A stretch of DNA of 64,000 nt from positions 64,001 to 128,000 of the forward strand of contig CAWHBU010000007.1 in NCBI GenBank assembly GCA_963827685.1, given 5' to 3'. The DNA is from an uncultured delta proteobacterium (GTDB lineage Bacteria; Desulfobacterota; BSN033; UBA1163). The translations under genes and the position numbers were made by a program. This document shows positions 19,448-29,759 of this stretch, in pieces (positions within the stretch are counted from its first letter, which is position 1; every line of letters begins with the position of its first letter). The notes under the pieces are model-generated. The model ran no database searches. It saw only the letters and a program-made list of their open reading frames with translations, and had not been told where the DNA came from.

Positions 19448-20941
19448 CTACAACATCACGTCAAGGGCCCTTTTCACGGTTTCTCCTTCCAGGGAGACTT
19501 CCCCGTAGATGGCCTCCACAGCGGCTGCATCCAGCCGATAAAAATCTTTTTCCACAGGAGTGATGAGGATGCCCCCCATATCGATCACCCCCGGGCTTAC
19601 CACAATCCGGGCATCCCCTTCCTTGAAGAAGGCGTCGGGACGGTGTTTTCGGCGCGGAAAGATCGCGAGACGCCATTTCCTTTTATTATGGAACCCAGCG
19701 ATATTCATCATGGGTTCCTCGTTAGCCAGAACAACTTTTTTCAGGGCGTCCAGATAACTCTTGAAAACTCCTCCCACAGCCATCGGGGCATCTCCCTCCA
19801 AAATAACAACTTCCCGTCCCAGGTCTTTCACGCGATAGACGGAAACACCGTCAACCTGTCTCATTAGAGTGAGTCTTTCCTTCCCTTGGGTTTCCTTCTC
19901 GATCGACATCTGTCCCGATGGGCCTGCTTGAAAATGAAGATGATCCGGTGCGGAAGCGCCGCATTTGGGTCCGTTGTAGAGGACTGTCCAGCCAGAACCA
20001 AAATCAGACATCAGCTGCAGAAAGGTATCGATATGCTCCGCAATGGCCTGGCGGCGATGGTCTAAATGGGAGATGGTGAAGTGAGAAGAAAAAACAGGCA
20101 TGGGATTGCACAGAATCAGATAGTCGCTTCGGTAGAGGATTCCCCTCTGGCCTTCAGGGAGATGATCAAGGCAGAGGAAACATCGCCGTTCGTTTACATT
20201 TTTTTCTCCCACGTCAGCGAGGCTGCTCTTGATTCTTCCGGGATTTTGCTGGAGGCGTATGGAAAATCCTCTGCATGGGACATCCCGCTCCCTGATGTTC
20301 TTAAGCGATTCGTAGCCTTCCCGAAGATCCTGCCAGGTCTTTTTTTGCTCCGATAAGAGCTTGAGACAAAGTCTGGAGAAACTCTTCAAACTCTTCCCTC
20401 CATCAAAGGTGATATAAGTCTTCCGAATAAGCCGAGTGTCCTTCCCTAATCTTTTGTAACCGATGAGGTGACTCACCGTCGTCTTACCCATCGTGAAAGG
20501 TTGTTCCCGGACAAATTGAAAACCCACTTTCCTGTAAAAAACCAGGGCCTGCTTGTTCTCCACCATCACGCCGATCCAGAGTTCATCGAGGCCCTTTTCT
20601 GCGGCATATTCTTCCGCCGCCTCGAGGAGACGTCTGCCCATGCCCTGCCCTTGAAAGTCTGGAAGAAAATACAGCGAGGGGATGTAGAGGCGATTCTCAT
20701 CCCGGTTAAAGAAAATTCTTGTGTAACCGGCGATCTGACCATCCATCTCTGCAATGAAAACCCGCGTGAACGGATCGTCGAACATGCTGAGAAAGGCCCC
20801 TTCCGTGTAGTGTATGTCGAAATAGGACTTGAGGTCGCTTTCGGGAATGAAGCTCGCGTATGTAGAAATCCAGGACTGCCAGGTTATTCTCCGGATGGAC
20901 GTGAGATCACCCTTCTGCCAGGGTCGAATCACGATTCCCAA
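19448..20941 (-). CDS. GNAT acetyltransferase fused to DUF4922 (HIT-like nucleotidyltransferase/phosphorylase)
   Basis: N-terminal GNAT (LYFLPDFQGQGMG, ALVFYRKVGF). C-terminal QQNPGRIKSS, CFLC, LCNPMPVF, YNGPKCGASAPDHLHFQ, PRRKHRP. Confidence 0.85.
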   Translation of the reverse strand: MGIVIRPWQKGDLTSIRRITWQSWISTYASFIPESDLKSYFDIHYTEGAFLSMFDDPFTRVFIAEMDGQIAGYTRIFFNRDENRLYIPSLYFLPDFQGQGMGRRLLEAAEEYAAEKGLDELWIGVMVENKQALVFYRKVGFQFVREQPFTMGKTTVSHLIGYKRLGKDTRLIRKTYITFDGGKSLKSFSRLCLKLLSEQKKTWQDLREGYESLKNIRERDVPCRGFSIRLQQNPGRIKSSLADVGEKNVNERRCFLCLDHLPEGQRGILYRSDYLILCNPMPVFSSHFTISHLDHRRQAIAEHIDTFLQLMSDFGSGWTVLYNGPKCGASAPDHLHFQAGPSGQMSIEKETQGKERLTLMRQVDGVSVYRVKDLGREVVILEGDAPMAVGGVFKSYLDALKKVVLANEEPMMNIAGFHNKRKWRLAIFPRRKHRPDAFFKEGDARIVVSPGVIDMGGILITPVEKDFYRLDAAAVEAIYGEVSLEGETVKRALDVML

Positions 20942-21057
20942 GGTTATCGCTTATCCTCCTTGATTCATTCTAAAAGGGGCCAAGGGTTCGAGGGTTCAAG
21001 AAGAACAACTACAAAAAGATTCACTTGAACCCCTGCCCACTCGAATCCTCGAACCCT

Positions 21058-22551
21058 CTACCCATCCTGACTTGTTGGGATGGCATGCTGATTTATTTTC
21101 TGCCGGGCGAGAATTTCAATGGTGCGGATCTTGTCCTTGAAGGCATTGTTTTGGTTTTCCTCTTCGGTGCTGAGGGCCGCGTCTGTGTTGCCCGACCAGC
21201 GTCTACAGAGGTAGAGGCTTTCATAGATCCTTCCTATCCGGTACTCTCGGCAGATTCGCAATGCCGCCGCATAATCCTCGCCGTAGCTCACGTTGAGAAA
21301 ACCGATTTTTCGCATAAGGGCGGTTTTGAAAGCCCGCGGCGCGCCCAGACCGTTTATGCGCAACGCATTGTTGTGACCGTTCTCATCGGTCCATTCACGG
21401 TGGTCGATGAGGCCCGGTGGAATCTCCTCCAGCCTCGAATCGACGAGGGTGTAAGAGCCGATCACCATGGCATAGTTGCCCTGACGGAGCATGTCAACCA
21501 TCTTCTGCAAGGTGCGGCTGCTGCTGTATAGATCGTCCGAATCAAGCTGAACGGCATAGCGGCCACAGGCTTCTTGCAGAAGGGCCTCGTTCCAGCAACC
21601 GCCAATGCCAAGGTTGGTCCTCTTCGGAGTGACGTGTTTCAAGCTCGAATACTGCCTGGCGAGATCAGAGAGAACGGCCGTTGTTCCATCTGTCGAGCGG
21701 TTGTCCACGACAATAACATTGAATGGAAAATTCGTTTCTTGCGATAGGGCACTTTCCACGGCTTCGGCAATCGTCTCTTTCCGGTTCCGTACGGGAATGA
21801 TAACAGAGGCCTCCACCGGGAAGAACTCCGGTGTTTGCTCGACCTCCCTCAAGTAATGGGATGGCAGATAGGCCCTGATCTTCTTCAAGTAATCCGTGAA
21901 GACAGTCTCCATTTCCTTCTGCACGGTTTCATTACAGGGGTCGACGTACCCAAATATCTTTTCACCATCGGAATTCTCCTCTGTACCAATCACGCAGTAG
22001 AGTGGCTCTTGCAGATGATAGATAGAATGGTCAATGGAAACCTTCAGGCGAAGATCGTAAAGTCCGGCAAATTTGACGGCGGGTATGGCACCGTATTTTT
22101 CCAAGGCCTTCCGGACGGCGGCGACTGAAAAGAGCATCAAGGTGCCGAAGTCAAAATCATCACGGACGCTCCCAGGCTGATAATCAATGAGTGGATGAAG
22201 GGTCTTCCAGTGTTCGTTTTCGTCATAGAAATCCGTATAGACCAGGCCTGCCTTCGTGGACTCAGCCTTCCCCAGGATTCTCTCCAGAGCTTTAGGCTCA
22301 ATCGAAACTTCTTGGGCTCCCGGCAAGAGAAGAAAGTACTCCGTTCGCATTCCGGTCAGAATCGGGTTGAGTGTTTCGTGTGACGTGAGGGGTCCGGCAA
22401 CAACAACTTGACACTTCTCCAGTTTGAAATGAACCGGCTCCTGACTGACGATCACGACATGTTCAACCAGGTCTGATTCCGCCAGGGGGGGCAGAATCTT
22501 TTCAAAGAAAGGTCCTGGGCTGTACTGGGTGATTACGGTAAGAGGTTTCAT
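21058..22551 (-). CDS. Family 2 glycosyltransferase (Bacteroidota-like two-domain type)
   Basis: DYQPGSVRDDFDFG, SVIIPVRNR, VVDNRSTDGT, QLDSDDLY, SYGEDY. Likely start is ATG 22551 (MKPLTV). Confidence 0.88.
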   Translation of the reverse strand: MKPLTVITQYSPGPFFEKILPPLAESDLVEHVVIVSQEPVHFKLEKCQVVVAGPLTSHETLNPILTGMRTEYFLLLPGAQEVSIEPKALERILGKAESTKAGLVYTDFYDENEHWKTLHPLIDYQPGSVRDDFDFGTLMLFSVAAVRKALEKYGAIPAVKFAGLYDLRLKVSIDHSIYHLQEPLYCVIGTEENSDGEKIFGYVDPCNETVQKEMETVFTDYLKKIRAYLPSHYLREVEQTPEFFPVEASVIIPVRNRKETIAEAVESALSQETNFPFNVIVVDNRSTDGTTAVLSDLARQYSSLKHVTPKRTNLGIGGCWNEALLQEACGRYAVQLDSDDLYSSSRTLQKMVDMLRQGNYAMVIGSYTLVDSRLEEIPPGLIDHREWTDENGHNNALRINGLGAPRAFKTALMRKIGFLNVSYGEDYAAALRICREYRIGRIYESLYLCRRWSGNTDAALSTEEENQNNAFKDKIRTIEILARQKINQHAIPTSQDG

Positions 22552-22566
22552 TCTGATTGATAGATT

Positions 22567-22631
22567 ATATAACGTCGTGGCAATAAGCCGCAGATGCCAA
22601 AGCATCTCGCAGTTTCATTGCCTTGTTAGAC
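22567..22631 (-). other. Integron attC recombination site (65 bp)
   Basis: Minus strand reads GTCTAAC (R'', contains the upstream gene's TAA) - AAGGCAATGAAA - central hairpin AGATGC-TTTG-GCATCT - CTTATTGCC - ACGAC - GTTATAT (R'). Confidence 0.75.
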
Positions 22632-22862
22632 CTTATTTAAAGTTCTCTTTCTTGTCCTAAACCAATAGTAACAGCCATAAGAACCGCCAAAGAGATAAAG
22701 AATTGTGAAAAACAGCCCTTTGGTCGTTGGAGATATTCCCTCGGCAAAATAGGCAGCGATTCCGTTATAAATGCGTACAAAACCTATTATTAAGCAAGTG
22801 ATCCCCAATATAAAATATGCATATCGTTCAAGACAAGACTCTTCTGAGCTAATTCTAATCAT
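22626..22862 (-). CDS. Small two-TM membrane protein (gene cassette ORF)
   Basis: 78 aa, low GC. Preceded by GTTAGAAC (22879-22886) and ends inside the attC R'' box. Confidence 0.65.
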   Translation of the reverse strand: MIRISSEESCLERYAYFILGITCLIIGFVRIYNGIAAYFAEGISPTTKGLFFTILYLFGGSYGCYYWFRTRKRTLNKV

Positions 22863-22972
22863 AAGATGGTCGGTTTAAGTTCTAACATTACGCCTTATGT
22901 TGACGTTATATTTTCACCATGGGCCCAACCCTTTCCAAGTCCATCATGGATAGGATTTCCAACAATCCATTA

Positions 22973-23150
22973 TGGTTTGTATTTTACACCAGGCCTAAAC
23001 TTTTTGGAAGTGAGAATTTTCGAGAAATTGGATTCTTATCTCAAGATTGAATCGAGAGCGAAAAAATTCTTGTGAACGGAAGACTCTGCATGCTCTTATG
23101 CAGAATTGATGAGTTGGGAATTAATCAAGCAGGTTCTGTACGACGTCCCT
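22973..23150. repeat. Dispersed ~175 bp non-coding repeat, copy A
   Basis: TGGTTTGTATTTTA...TTTTGGAAGTGAGAATTT...TCTCAAGATTGAATC...AGACTCTGCATGCTCTTATG...CGTCCCT. Homologous to copies at 44806, 47455 and 49432. Confidence 0.9.
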
Positions 23151-23196
23151 ATTTTCTATGGCAAGCCTGACCCCCTTCCTCATCGAAGCAAAACTC

Positions 23197-24099
23197 TTAA
23201 AAATCCCAGAAAACCCCAAGAGTGAGCCCGACCTTCTTGTATTCGTCACTTAAACGAAAGAAGCTCGTCTCTCCGTACAGACCCCAGTTCTTTCCGATCC
23301 AGCGACGGTGTTTCAAAAGCAGCTCCTGCGATTTCTGGTCAACCTTTTCCGGGCTCACGAGTTCCGTGGAATAGTAGGCCTGGTTCCCGAAAGAAAAGAG
23401 GAGCGATGTCCAGTGAGTTCCTTCGCTACCGTATGTCACCTTGAAGGCGTTGGAGAATGACCCCACGTTTCCGGGGTTGCTGATATTCCGGAATATCCGG
23501 TATTCGAGGATCCACTTGTTGAAGTAGCCGGTGAGCCCGGCGGACAGAATGAAGTCACGGTGGTTCACATGGTAATCGACATAGGTCCCGCCCACCGTGA
23601 AAACGTAATTTCTCTTCTTGCCGAATTTGAGGTTGAAGTCGTGGTCGAACCGGTAACGCGGGAGATAATCCGAATTCGTTCCCGCCGCCGCAGCCGTGTA
23701 GGTGTAAAGCCACAGGTTCCAGTCCTTATAGATGCCGCCGACAAGCTGCACCCCGTTACCTTCTTTCCTGAAGAAGCTCTCAAGTTCGAAAAAATAGACG
23801 AATGTTAATTCTCTCCTGAGATACATCAGCCTACCGTTTTCCCAATTTCCAAAGTGGTCCGAGAGGTAAGCATAGCCGAGATCAAGTTCTATCCGGTTGC
23901 GTTTCCCCATAATTCGGTCAACCCCAAATTGTTCAAGCTCCTTTGCTTTCACCCAGTCAGGATCGCGTTCCCACTCATCAAGTGTTGAATCAGTTCTGTT
24001 TTCTGTCATCTTATCATGCCCAGAAGTCTCAGAACCGAAGGCGGGTGCTCCTAAAAACCAGCAAATAGCGATAATGAAAAGAACTCGCACTATCCTCAT
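23197..24099 (-). CDS. YaiO-family outer-membrane beta-barrel
   Basis: Signal peptide, amphipathic aromatic-rich strands, C-terminal LGVFWDF. Last gene of a polysaccharide operon. Confidence 0.75.
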   Translation of the reverse strand: MRIVRVLFIIAICWFLGAPAFGSETSGHDKMTENRTDSTLDEWERDPDWVKAKELEQFGVDRIMGKRNRIELDLGYAYLSDHFGNWENGRLMYLRRELTFVYFFELESFFRKEGNGVQLVGGIYKDWNLWLYTYTAAAAGTNSDYLPRYRFDHDFNLKFGKKRNYVFTVGGTYVDYHVNHRDFILSAGLTGYFNKWILEYRIFRNISNPGNVGSFSNAFKVTYGSEGTHWTSLLFSFGNQAYYSTELVSPEKVDQKSQELLLKHRRWIGKNWGLYGETSFFRLSDEYKKVGLTLGVFWDF

Positions 24100-24143
24100 A
24101 CCATCAATAATCCTTCACATCCAATTACCTTACACCCGAAACA

Positions 24144-25994
24144 CTACATCCGATGAAAATTGAAAACCTTCTCAACCGCCCCTTCTTCCTGTATGATAAG
24201 ATAGAAATAGTTCTCATCTTCGTCGATGGAAACGCCCGATGGGGGTATCTCAGGCTTGCGAAATTGTTGTTTCGGTATGGCAACGGTAATATTTTTAAGA
24301 CCCTCGGGATTCTCAACGCGCACGCTCAGGACCGGCCCCTCATACGTGAAATCGTATGTCGTCTTTAAGAATCTCAGAAAGAATTTTGCGTAATAGGTCA
24401 TCGTTTCGATCCATATCTTCCCATCTTTCTGGAGGGAAGAGAGGGTATCGAGGAAGTCCGAGACCGTCTTCGGGTAATACTTCACGTCGTTGGGATGGGA
24501 ATAGATGAGGCGCACCACGCGATTCTTTGCCGCATAATCGACCACTCCGGTCAACCAGCCATAGACTTCCCCTGGCGTTTTTCCGTGATGCTTCATCTCT
24601 CCAAGTGATATGATGTTGCCGAAGTTCATCACGGGAAAAGCAATCACGCGGTCCGACACCCTCTTCCCATTCGCAAAAGTCCTATTCGGCCCTGCCCCCT
24701 GGTCGCCCGTATAGTAGTATGCGATCATTCCAAGCCGTTCGAGCACTTTCGTCGCTACGGGTTGTGGATGGGCCCCCAGCGGAGCGGAGTACTCCTCGAT
24801 CCTATACCCCGTAATCTCCTCGAGACTCTTATTGTTTTTCGTGATATACTTTTCAATCTCTTCCTCCTTAAATTCCCCTGAGTTTACTTTGCTGGCGAAC
24901 CAATCGTGTCCCCATCCGCCATGAGAGCCTATGATACCATAGGGCATGATCATCTCCACAAGCTTTCGGCCCTTGTCCGAGGCATCGAAGCCCTGGCGGT
25001 CACCCACCTCTAAGTTGTAATCCCCTGCCGTAATATGGAAGGAGTATTTCAAGGAGTCCCTGAAGTATCCCTTCTTTTTGAGGAGCGGGAGGTATATCCA
25101 CTCGGCATTGGAATCGATATGCCAGTTGATTACGACACCTCCTTTGCCTCCTGGTACGGACATGAGATGGGGAATCTTGACCGATCTGAAGAGGAAGAAT
25201 CGGATCAATGACCGGAGCAGGAGATCATCTGAGTAACATTTTAGGTAACCGAGAGGAAAACCGGCATAGAGAGCAGTCCCTTTCCCATAACGGGTCTCTA
25301 CGATGGCCGGATATCTTTTGTCAAACCCGTCTACCATGTAGGCCAGGATCTTTCGGGAACCAATCTCTTTCGTAAAAGCCGACCGTGCGAATGGGTAGGT
25401 CAGCGTCCCATATATGTACCCGGCCACTTCAAGGTTTTCGCCCGTTTTCCCTGGCGGAATTTCAAGTGTCTCCATCGCCGTTCTGTCGGCAAATCGGAGT
25501 GAGCCGTTCGAATAGGCGCATTCGGGACATTGATTGTAAAGAATGTAGTTCAAGCCGATCATATCGGCAAATGCCGCTTGGTCCCTATATAAACCGTTTT
25601 GATCCTTCGTCCCTGCGTCGTAGCCGATCAGAACGCTGCCTCCTTCTTCGAGATACTTTTTAACCCAATCAGCAAATCTTTCCGGAAGCACCTGGCTTAT
25701 CCCATCTGGAAAGATAATAGCAGGCACATCGAGGAGCATCTCAGGCGAAAGAGAGATGAGTTCTTCCACGTCGATTGTCCGATACGGGACACCCTCTTCC
25801 TGAAGAACGCTTTTATATGCTTCCAAGATACAGGGGGTTGTCGCCACGAGCGCTGGATGATACGCCAGGAGAACCTCCATCCTCCCTTTTCGCTCAGCGT
25901 GCTGCGCACCCTGAACCAAACCACACCAGGCGACAAAACACCATAGAAAAATTCCAATCCTGTATAGGTTCACCAGTCGCATAAATTGTCCCAA
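24144..25994 (-). CDS. Periplasmic polysaccharide deacetylase (NodB/CE4-like) with N-terminal GATase-like domain
   Basis: NWHIDS, IGSHGGWGH, YSAPLGAHP, LIYSHP motifs and a signal peptide. Probable start is ATG 25982. Confidence 0.72.
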   Translation of the reverse strand: MGQFMRLVNLYRIGIFLWCFVAWCGLVQGAQHAERKGRMEVLLAYHPALVATTPCILEAYKSVLQEEGVPYRTIDVEELISLSPEMLLDVPAIIFPDGISQVLPERFADWVKKYLEEGGSVLIGYDAGTKDQNGLYRDQAAFADMIGLNYILYNQCPECAYSNGSLRFADRTAMETLEIPPGKTGENLEVAGYIYGTLTYPFARSAFTKEIGSRKILAYMVDGFDKRYPAIVETRYGKGTALYAGFPLGYLKCYSDDLLLRSLIRFFLFRSVKIPHLMSVPGGKGGVVINWHIDSNAEWIYLPLLKKKGYFRDSLKYSFHITAGDYNLEVGDRQGFDASDKGRKLVEMIMPYGIIGSHGGWGHDWFASKVNSGEFKEEEIEKYITKNNKSLEEITGYRIEEYSAPLGAHPQPVATKVLERLGMIAYYYTGDQGAGPNRTFANGKRVSDRVIAFPVMNFGNIISLGEMKHHGKTPGEVYGWLTGVVDYAAKNRVVRLIYSHPNDVKYYPKTVSDFLDTLSSLQKDGKIWIETMTYYAKFFLRFLKTTYDFTYEGPVLSVRVENPEGLKNITVAIPKQQFRKPEIPPSGVSIDEDENYFYLIIQEEGAVEKVFNFHRM

Positions 25995-26240
25995 AAGGGG
26001 GTTGGGTGTGTTGAGCCGGCCAAAAAAATGTAAAAGATAACTACAGCTCCGGGCGATTTATCGCCAAATCTCTACAGTGGTACCTTTAAACGTTTCACTG
26101 CCAAAGCCTCCAAGCATATTTCAAAAGCCACATCAGGTGACATGGCATGTTACCCATAAAACATATTAAAGAACCGCTTGGTAAGGGTTTGGAAGCACAC
26201 CCAACCCCCTTTTCAACGCAGCATCTCGGATGACTCTTTC

Positions 26241-27500
26241 TCACACAATCTTCCCTTCCCCTTCTGTCATGATGTAACCGTATATGGTCACATTCCCCTC
26301 CACCAAGACGCCTTTCTTGGCAATAACAGATTTTATCTGGCCCTCCTGGCCCACCTGGACGGCGTTTCCAATCTTGACCTGTCCCTGAGAAAATATATTC
26401 CCTGTGATGGTGCATCCCGCTTCGATCACCACATTCCTCTCCGAAAAGAGATTTCCCTCAACCCGGCTGCCTTCCTCGATAATAATGTCGCGGTACGATT
26501 TAATATTCGCTTTGGCAAAGCTTTTTCCCCTGAAAACAATTCTCTGGTGAGTAACGATGTCATTAGAAATATTCGTCCGGGGTGGTAAGATTATCTCTTC
26601 TTTTGTGATAACAATCGTCGTGTCGGAGATATTCCTTACCTGAATATCAGGTGGAATTTCGGGCAGCTTCGCCCCATACGTCAAAATCGGCAAGCCGAAC
26701 ATCCGGCTGAAGGAGCAGTGGCGTGCCACGGCGAGCCTCATGGGAGAGGCTACGCTCACGCCAAGCCGGCAACCTTCTTTAATCTCTATATCCCTGTCCC
26801 CGTCAACCCAGCGGATGACAGCGGTTCCTTCTCCGATCACGAGATCGCCTTCACAGTAAAGCGCCCTGAGGGTATTTCTGTCTCCGATCTTGCAGGACCC
26901 CCTTACGTAAATCTCTTTCCTGAACTCGGCGTCGCTCCCGGATGCAAAATCTGCAAGCACATAAAGGATTTCATCAATTGTCTTCTGATCGCTTACCCGC
27001 TCCCTCTCGACAACCCGAACCTTTTCTGGCTTTGAGAGCATCAGGGTATATTCACCCGGCTCAGTGATGCGCTTCGTCCCGAGGCCATTTTCGAGTATCT
27101 TTTGGAACGATCTACCAAAATACTTATAATCCTTTGAAAAATTCATATTTAGAGCAAGCGATTTTTCATCTTTGGGCCTGAAAAGCTCTATGAAGCCCGG
27201 GAGAAATGGGATAAGAATGAATACCATCAATACCAGAAGAGTGATCGCGATATATTTGGGGACACCAAGCGAATATGTCCTGCCTGGGGCATCGGTTGTC
27301 TCTTTTGTCGGTACCTCTTGTGCGGTCTTTGTAGCGTCTCCCGGCTGCTCCACATCGGAAATCACGGTACTGGCCTCTTCCTCGACGGGCGTCGTGGTCA
27401 CCTTAACCCACAGAGACGACTCTTGCGCGGAAACCCCACCTGCCGGTGCGAATAGGAATATCGCTGTTACCAGGATAAGAAAATATTTCACAGGCATCAC
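26241..27500 (-). CDS. Membrane-anchored protein with beta-helix/bactofilin-like repeats
   Basis: Signal peptide plus TM (ILIPFLPGFIELFRP). C-terminal repeats such as IEEGSRVEGNLFS and IEAGCTITGNIFSQG. Confidence 0.65.
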   Translation of the reverse strand: MMPVKYFLILVTAIFLFAPAGGVSAQESSLWVKVTTTPVEEEASTVISDVEQPGDATKTAQEVPTKETTDAPGRTYSLGVPKYIAITLLVLMVFILIPFLPGFIELFRPKDEKSLALNMNFSKDYKYFGRSFQKILENGLGTKRITEPGEYTLMLSKPEKVRVVERERVSDQKTIDEILYVLADFASGSDAEFRKEIYVRGSCKIGDRNTLRALYCEGDLVIGEGTAVIRWVDGDRDIEIKEGCRLGVSVASPMRLAVARHCSFSRMFGLPILTYGAKLPEIPPDIQVRNISDTTIVITKEEIILPPRTNISNDIVTHQRIVFRGKSFAKANIKSYRDIIIEEGSRVEGNLFSERNVVIEAGCTITGNIFSQGQVKIGNAVQVGQEGQIKSVIAKKGVLVEGNVTIYGYIMTEGEGKIV

Positions 27501-28759
27501 GCGGGTGACCTCCTGAATCTCTTCGTTTTATGCCATATCACGCGTCGCGCACTGATGACATCAAAGACCGCGTCAAAAAAGCCTTGCGTTGTGTACCAGA
27601 GAGAGAAGAGGAAATTGAAAATAAGAAACGGCAACAGCCGTATCCGCTGCCGGGAGCCGTCGAGAAAGGAGGCAATCCCGATCTGATAAAATGGGGCAAA
27701 GTTGCCGAAGGTGTTACATGTGACGGTAAGAATGATGGGAAGAACTCCTGTGAGGAGGTTGATCTCACCGAGAAAAAAAAGTGCCACGGAATCCGCAATC
27801 CCAAAAAAGAGTATTGCGGGGACCGCATATACCGAAAGGAGTAAGATGCCGTCAATTTTCTCCCTGGGACTAAGAAACTTGGATCTGATAACGGGGATGA
27901 AATAGCGGAACATGACCTGTGTATGCCCCCGGGCCCATCGCCTGATCTGCCTTGACCGGGTCACCCAATTCTCGGGAACTTCTTCGTAACATTCGACCCT
28001 GTTTGCGTAAGCTACCTTCCAGCCGTTTACATAGAGCTTGAAGGTCAATTCCGTATCTTCTGTGACGATTTTTGGGTCGAACCCTCCGCATGCATGAAGA
28101 AGCTTTTTCCTGAAACCGCCAACCGTCCCGCCGTACTGGGCTACCAGCCTGAGATTGTGGCGTGCCTGCTGGTCAACCTGGTAGCCGCCAGATCGTTCCA
28201 GATCGAGAATCCTTGTGAGGAGATTCCGCGATGTGTTAACCGGCACGACCCTCCCCATGGCAGCGCCTACCTCAGGATCATTGAAGCAGACCGCGAGGTC
28301 CTTCAGCACACCTCGCGGGGGAAGGTAGTCCGCGTCGAAGACAAGAATGATTTCCCCCTTCGTGATCCGGATAGCATCGTTTAGAGCATTCTGTTTTCCC
28401 CTATCACCGGTTGTCCTGTGCAAGGGTTTGATGAAAGGGTAACGCCCAGCGTACTCATCGAGGATCTTCCCCGTCCGGTCTTCCGAACGATCATTAATGG
28501 GTATCAATTCGAGCCGGTCCTTTGGGTAGTCTGCGTTAGTGAGGGCGTCGAGGATATGGGAGGCCACCTTTTCTTCGTTGTACATCGGGATGAGGACCGA
28601 TAGGAATGGAAGATCGGAATCGAAGATATCCTGATAATAGAACCGCTGTTCTCCGTAGATGCGGTTCATGGAGAAAATGAAATGCCTCGTGAAGTATACG
28701 GCCATGACAAAAACTACGAAGCCGATGTAAATCTTCAGAATCAATACAACCATTGCCAT
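27497..28759 (-). CDS. Processive GT2 polysaccharide synthase
   Basis: D,D,D,QxxRW signature (NDRSED, FDADY, TEDTE, QIRRWARG) with flanking TM helices. Confidence 0.9.
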   Translation of the reverse strand: MAMVVLILKIYIGFVVFVMAVYFTRHFIFSMNRIYGEQRFYYQDIFDSDLPFLSVLIPMYNEEKVASHILDALTNADYPKDRLELIPINDRSEDRTGKILDEYAGRYPFIKPLHRTTGDRGKQNALNDAIRITKGEIILVFDADYLPPRGVLKDLAVCFNDPEVGAAMGRVVPVNTSRNLLTRILDLERSGGYQVDQQARHNLRLVAQYGGTVGGFRKKLLHACGGFDPKIVTEDTELTFKLYVNGWKVAYANRVECYEEVPENWVTRSRQIRRWARGHTQVMFRYFIPVIRSKFLSPREKIDGILLLSVYAVPAILFFGIADSVALFFLGEINLLTGVLPIILTVTCNTFGNFAPFYQIGIASFLDGSRQRIRLLPFLIFNFLFSLWYTTQGFFDAVFDVISARRVIWHKTKRFRRSPA

Positions 28760-29544
28760 ACATCCATATCGTGCCCGAGCCTCCGTGAAAGAATGCTCAG
28801 GTAAAAAGAATAAAACCCGACAATGAATATCATGTCGAGGAGGAAACCAAAACAGAAGAAAAGAATGGCCATAAAAATGAAGGAGTGAACGTTGATCAGG
28901 TAGAGGAATATGGAATACCTAAAAATATTGAAAGTCGCAGAGAATATTAGCGTGAAAAGTATCATAAATATTTTGGAGAAGACAGAAGACGGGAGCGGAT
29001 AGAGGATGAAACCGTAGACGACGGGGATCAAAAACCAGGTAACCGTTACCGTGACCACATAGGTTGTTGAGAAATCAATCACCTGATAGGGAAATCTATC
29101 CGGAACGATCAGAAAAAAAAGGGCGGAGACAAGATGGATGAGACTCATTAGCGTTAAGGCCACGACAATCGGTTTCGGAGTCTTTGTCTGCGGAATGACG
29201 AAGACGATGAGAAGTACCACGATGAGGTTGATCATCGTAAACCACCTTGCGGGGTAGCTTCCTGGAATGTTGAGAACCGTAATGGGTCTCCAGAGGAATT
29301 CCGTCCAAATCATATTGACATTCTCGAAGGGCACGGAGCGGACGAGTATCTTCTGGGTGGTCCGATTTACCAGATAATTGAGATCAGGGAAAAAAAAGTA
29401 AAGAAGAACTTCAATGAGGATGATAAAGAAAAAGAATGGAATGAGATGTCTCTTTTCGGGAACCGGGATTTTCCGGTACGATCTGTGATAGTAAACCAGC
29501 TCTTTGGCTATCCCGCTCTGTGATTCGTTGTGTCGCCTTGGCAT
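28741..29544 (-). CDS. Hypothetical multi-TM membrane protein (EPS operon first gene)
   Basis: About 6 hydrophobic segments. Overlaps the GT2 start. Confidence 0.75.
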   Translation of the reverse strand: MPRRHNESQSGIAKELVYYHRSYRKIPVPEKRHLIPFFFFIILIEVLLYFFFPDLNYLVNRTTQKILVRSVPFENVNMIWTEFLWRPITVLNIPGSYPARWFTMINLIVVLLIVFVIPQTKTPKPIVVALTLMSLIHLVSALFFLIVPDRFPYQVIDFSTTYVVTVTVTWFLIPVVYGFILYPLPSSVFSKIFMILFTLIFSATFNIFRYSIFLYLINVHSFIFMAILFFCFGFLLDMIFIVGFYSFYLSILSRRLGHDMDVWQWLY

Positions 29545-29743
29545 TCTTTTCTAAACCCATCCGTGGTTAGCAAGTGAAGCTCCCCGCCCATATAAGGGCG
29601 GGGCTTGCGGGGCACCTTCCGGTCACATCCATGTACAGCGTTCTAACATTTTGTCCTCTCACCCTTCCCATCTCCCCGCTGGGGAGAGGGAGGAGGTGAG
29701 GGGGGAATTTCAAATATCTTTCGTTAGGATTTTTAATAATAAG

Positions 29744-29759
29744 AGCAAAATTAGTACCA
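29744..29759 (-). promoter_or_regulatory. Sigma54 (-24/-12) promoter of the EPS operon
   Basis: Minus strand TGGTAC-TAATT-TTGCT has correct GG-N10-GC spacing and an AT-rich upstream region. Confidence 0.72.
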
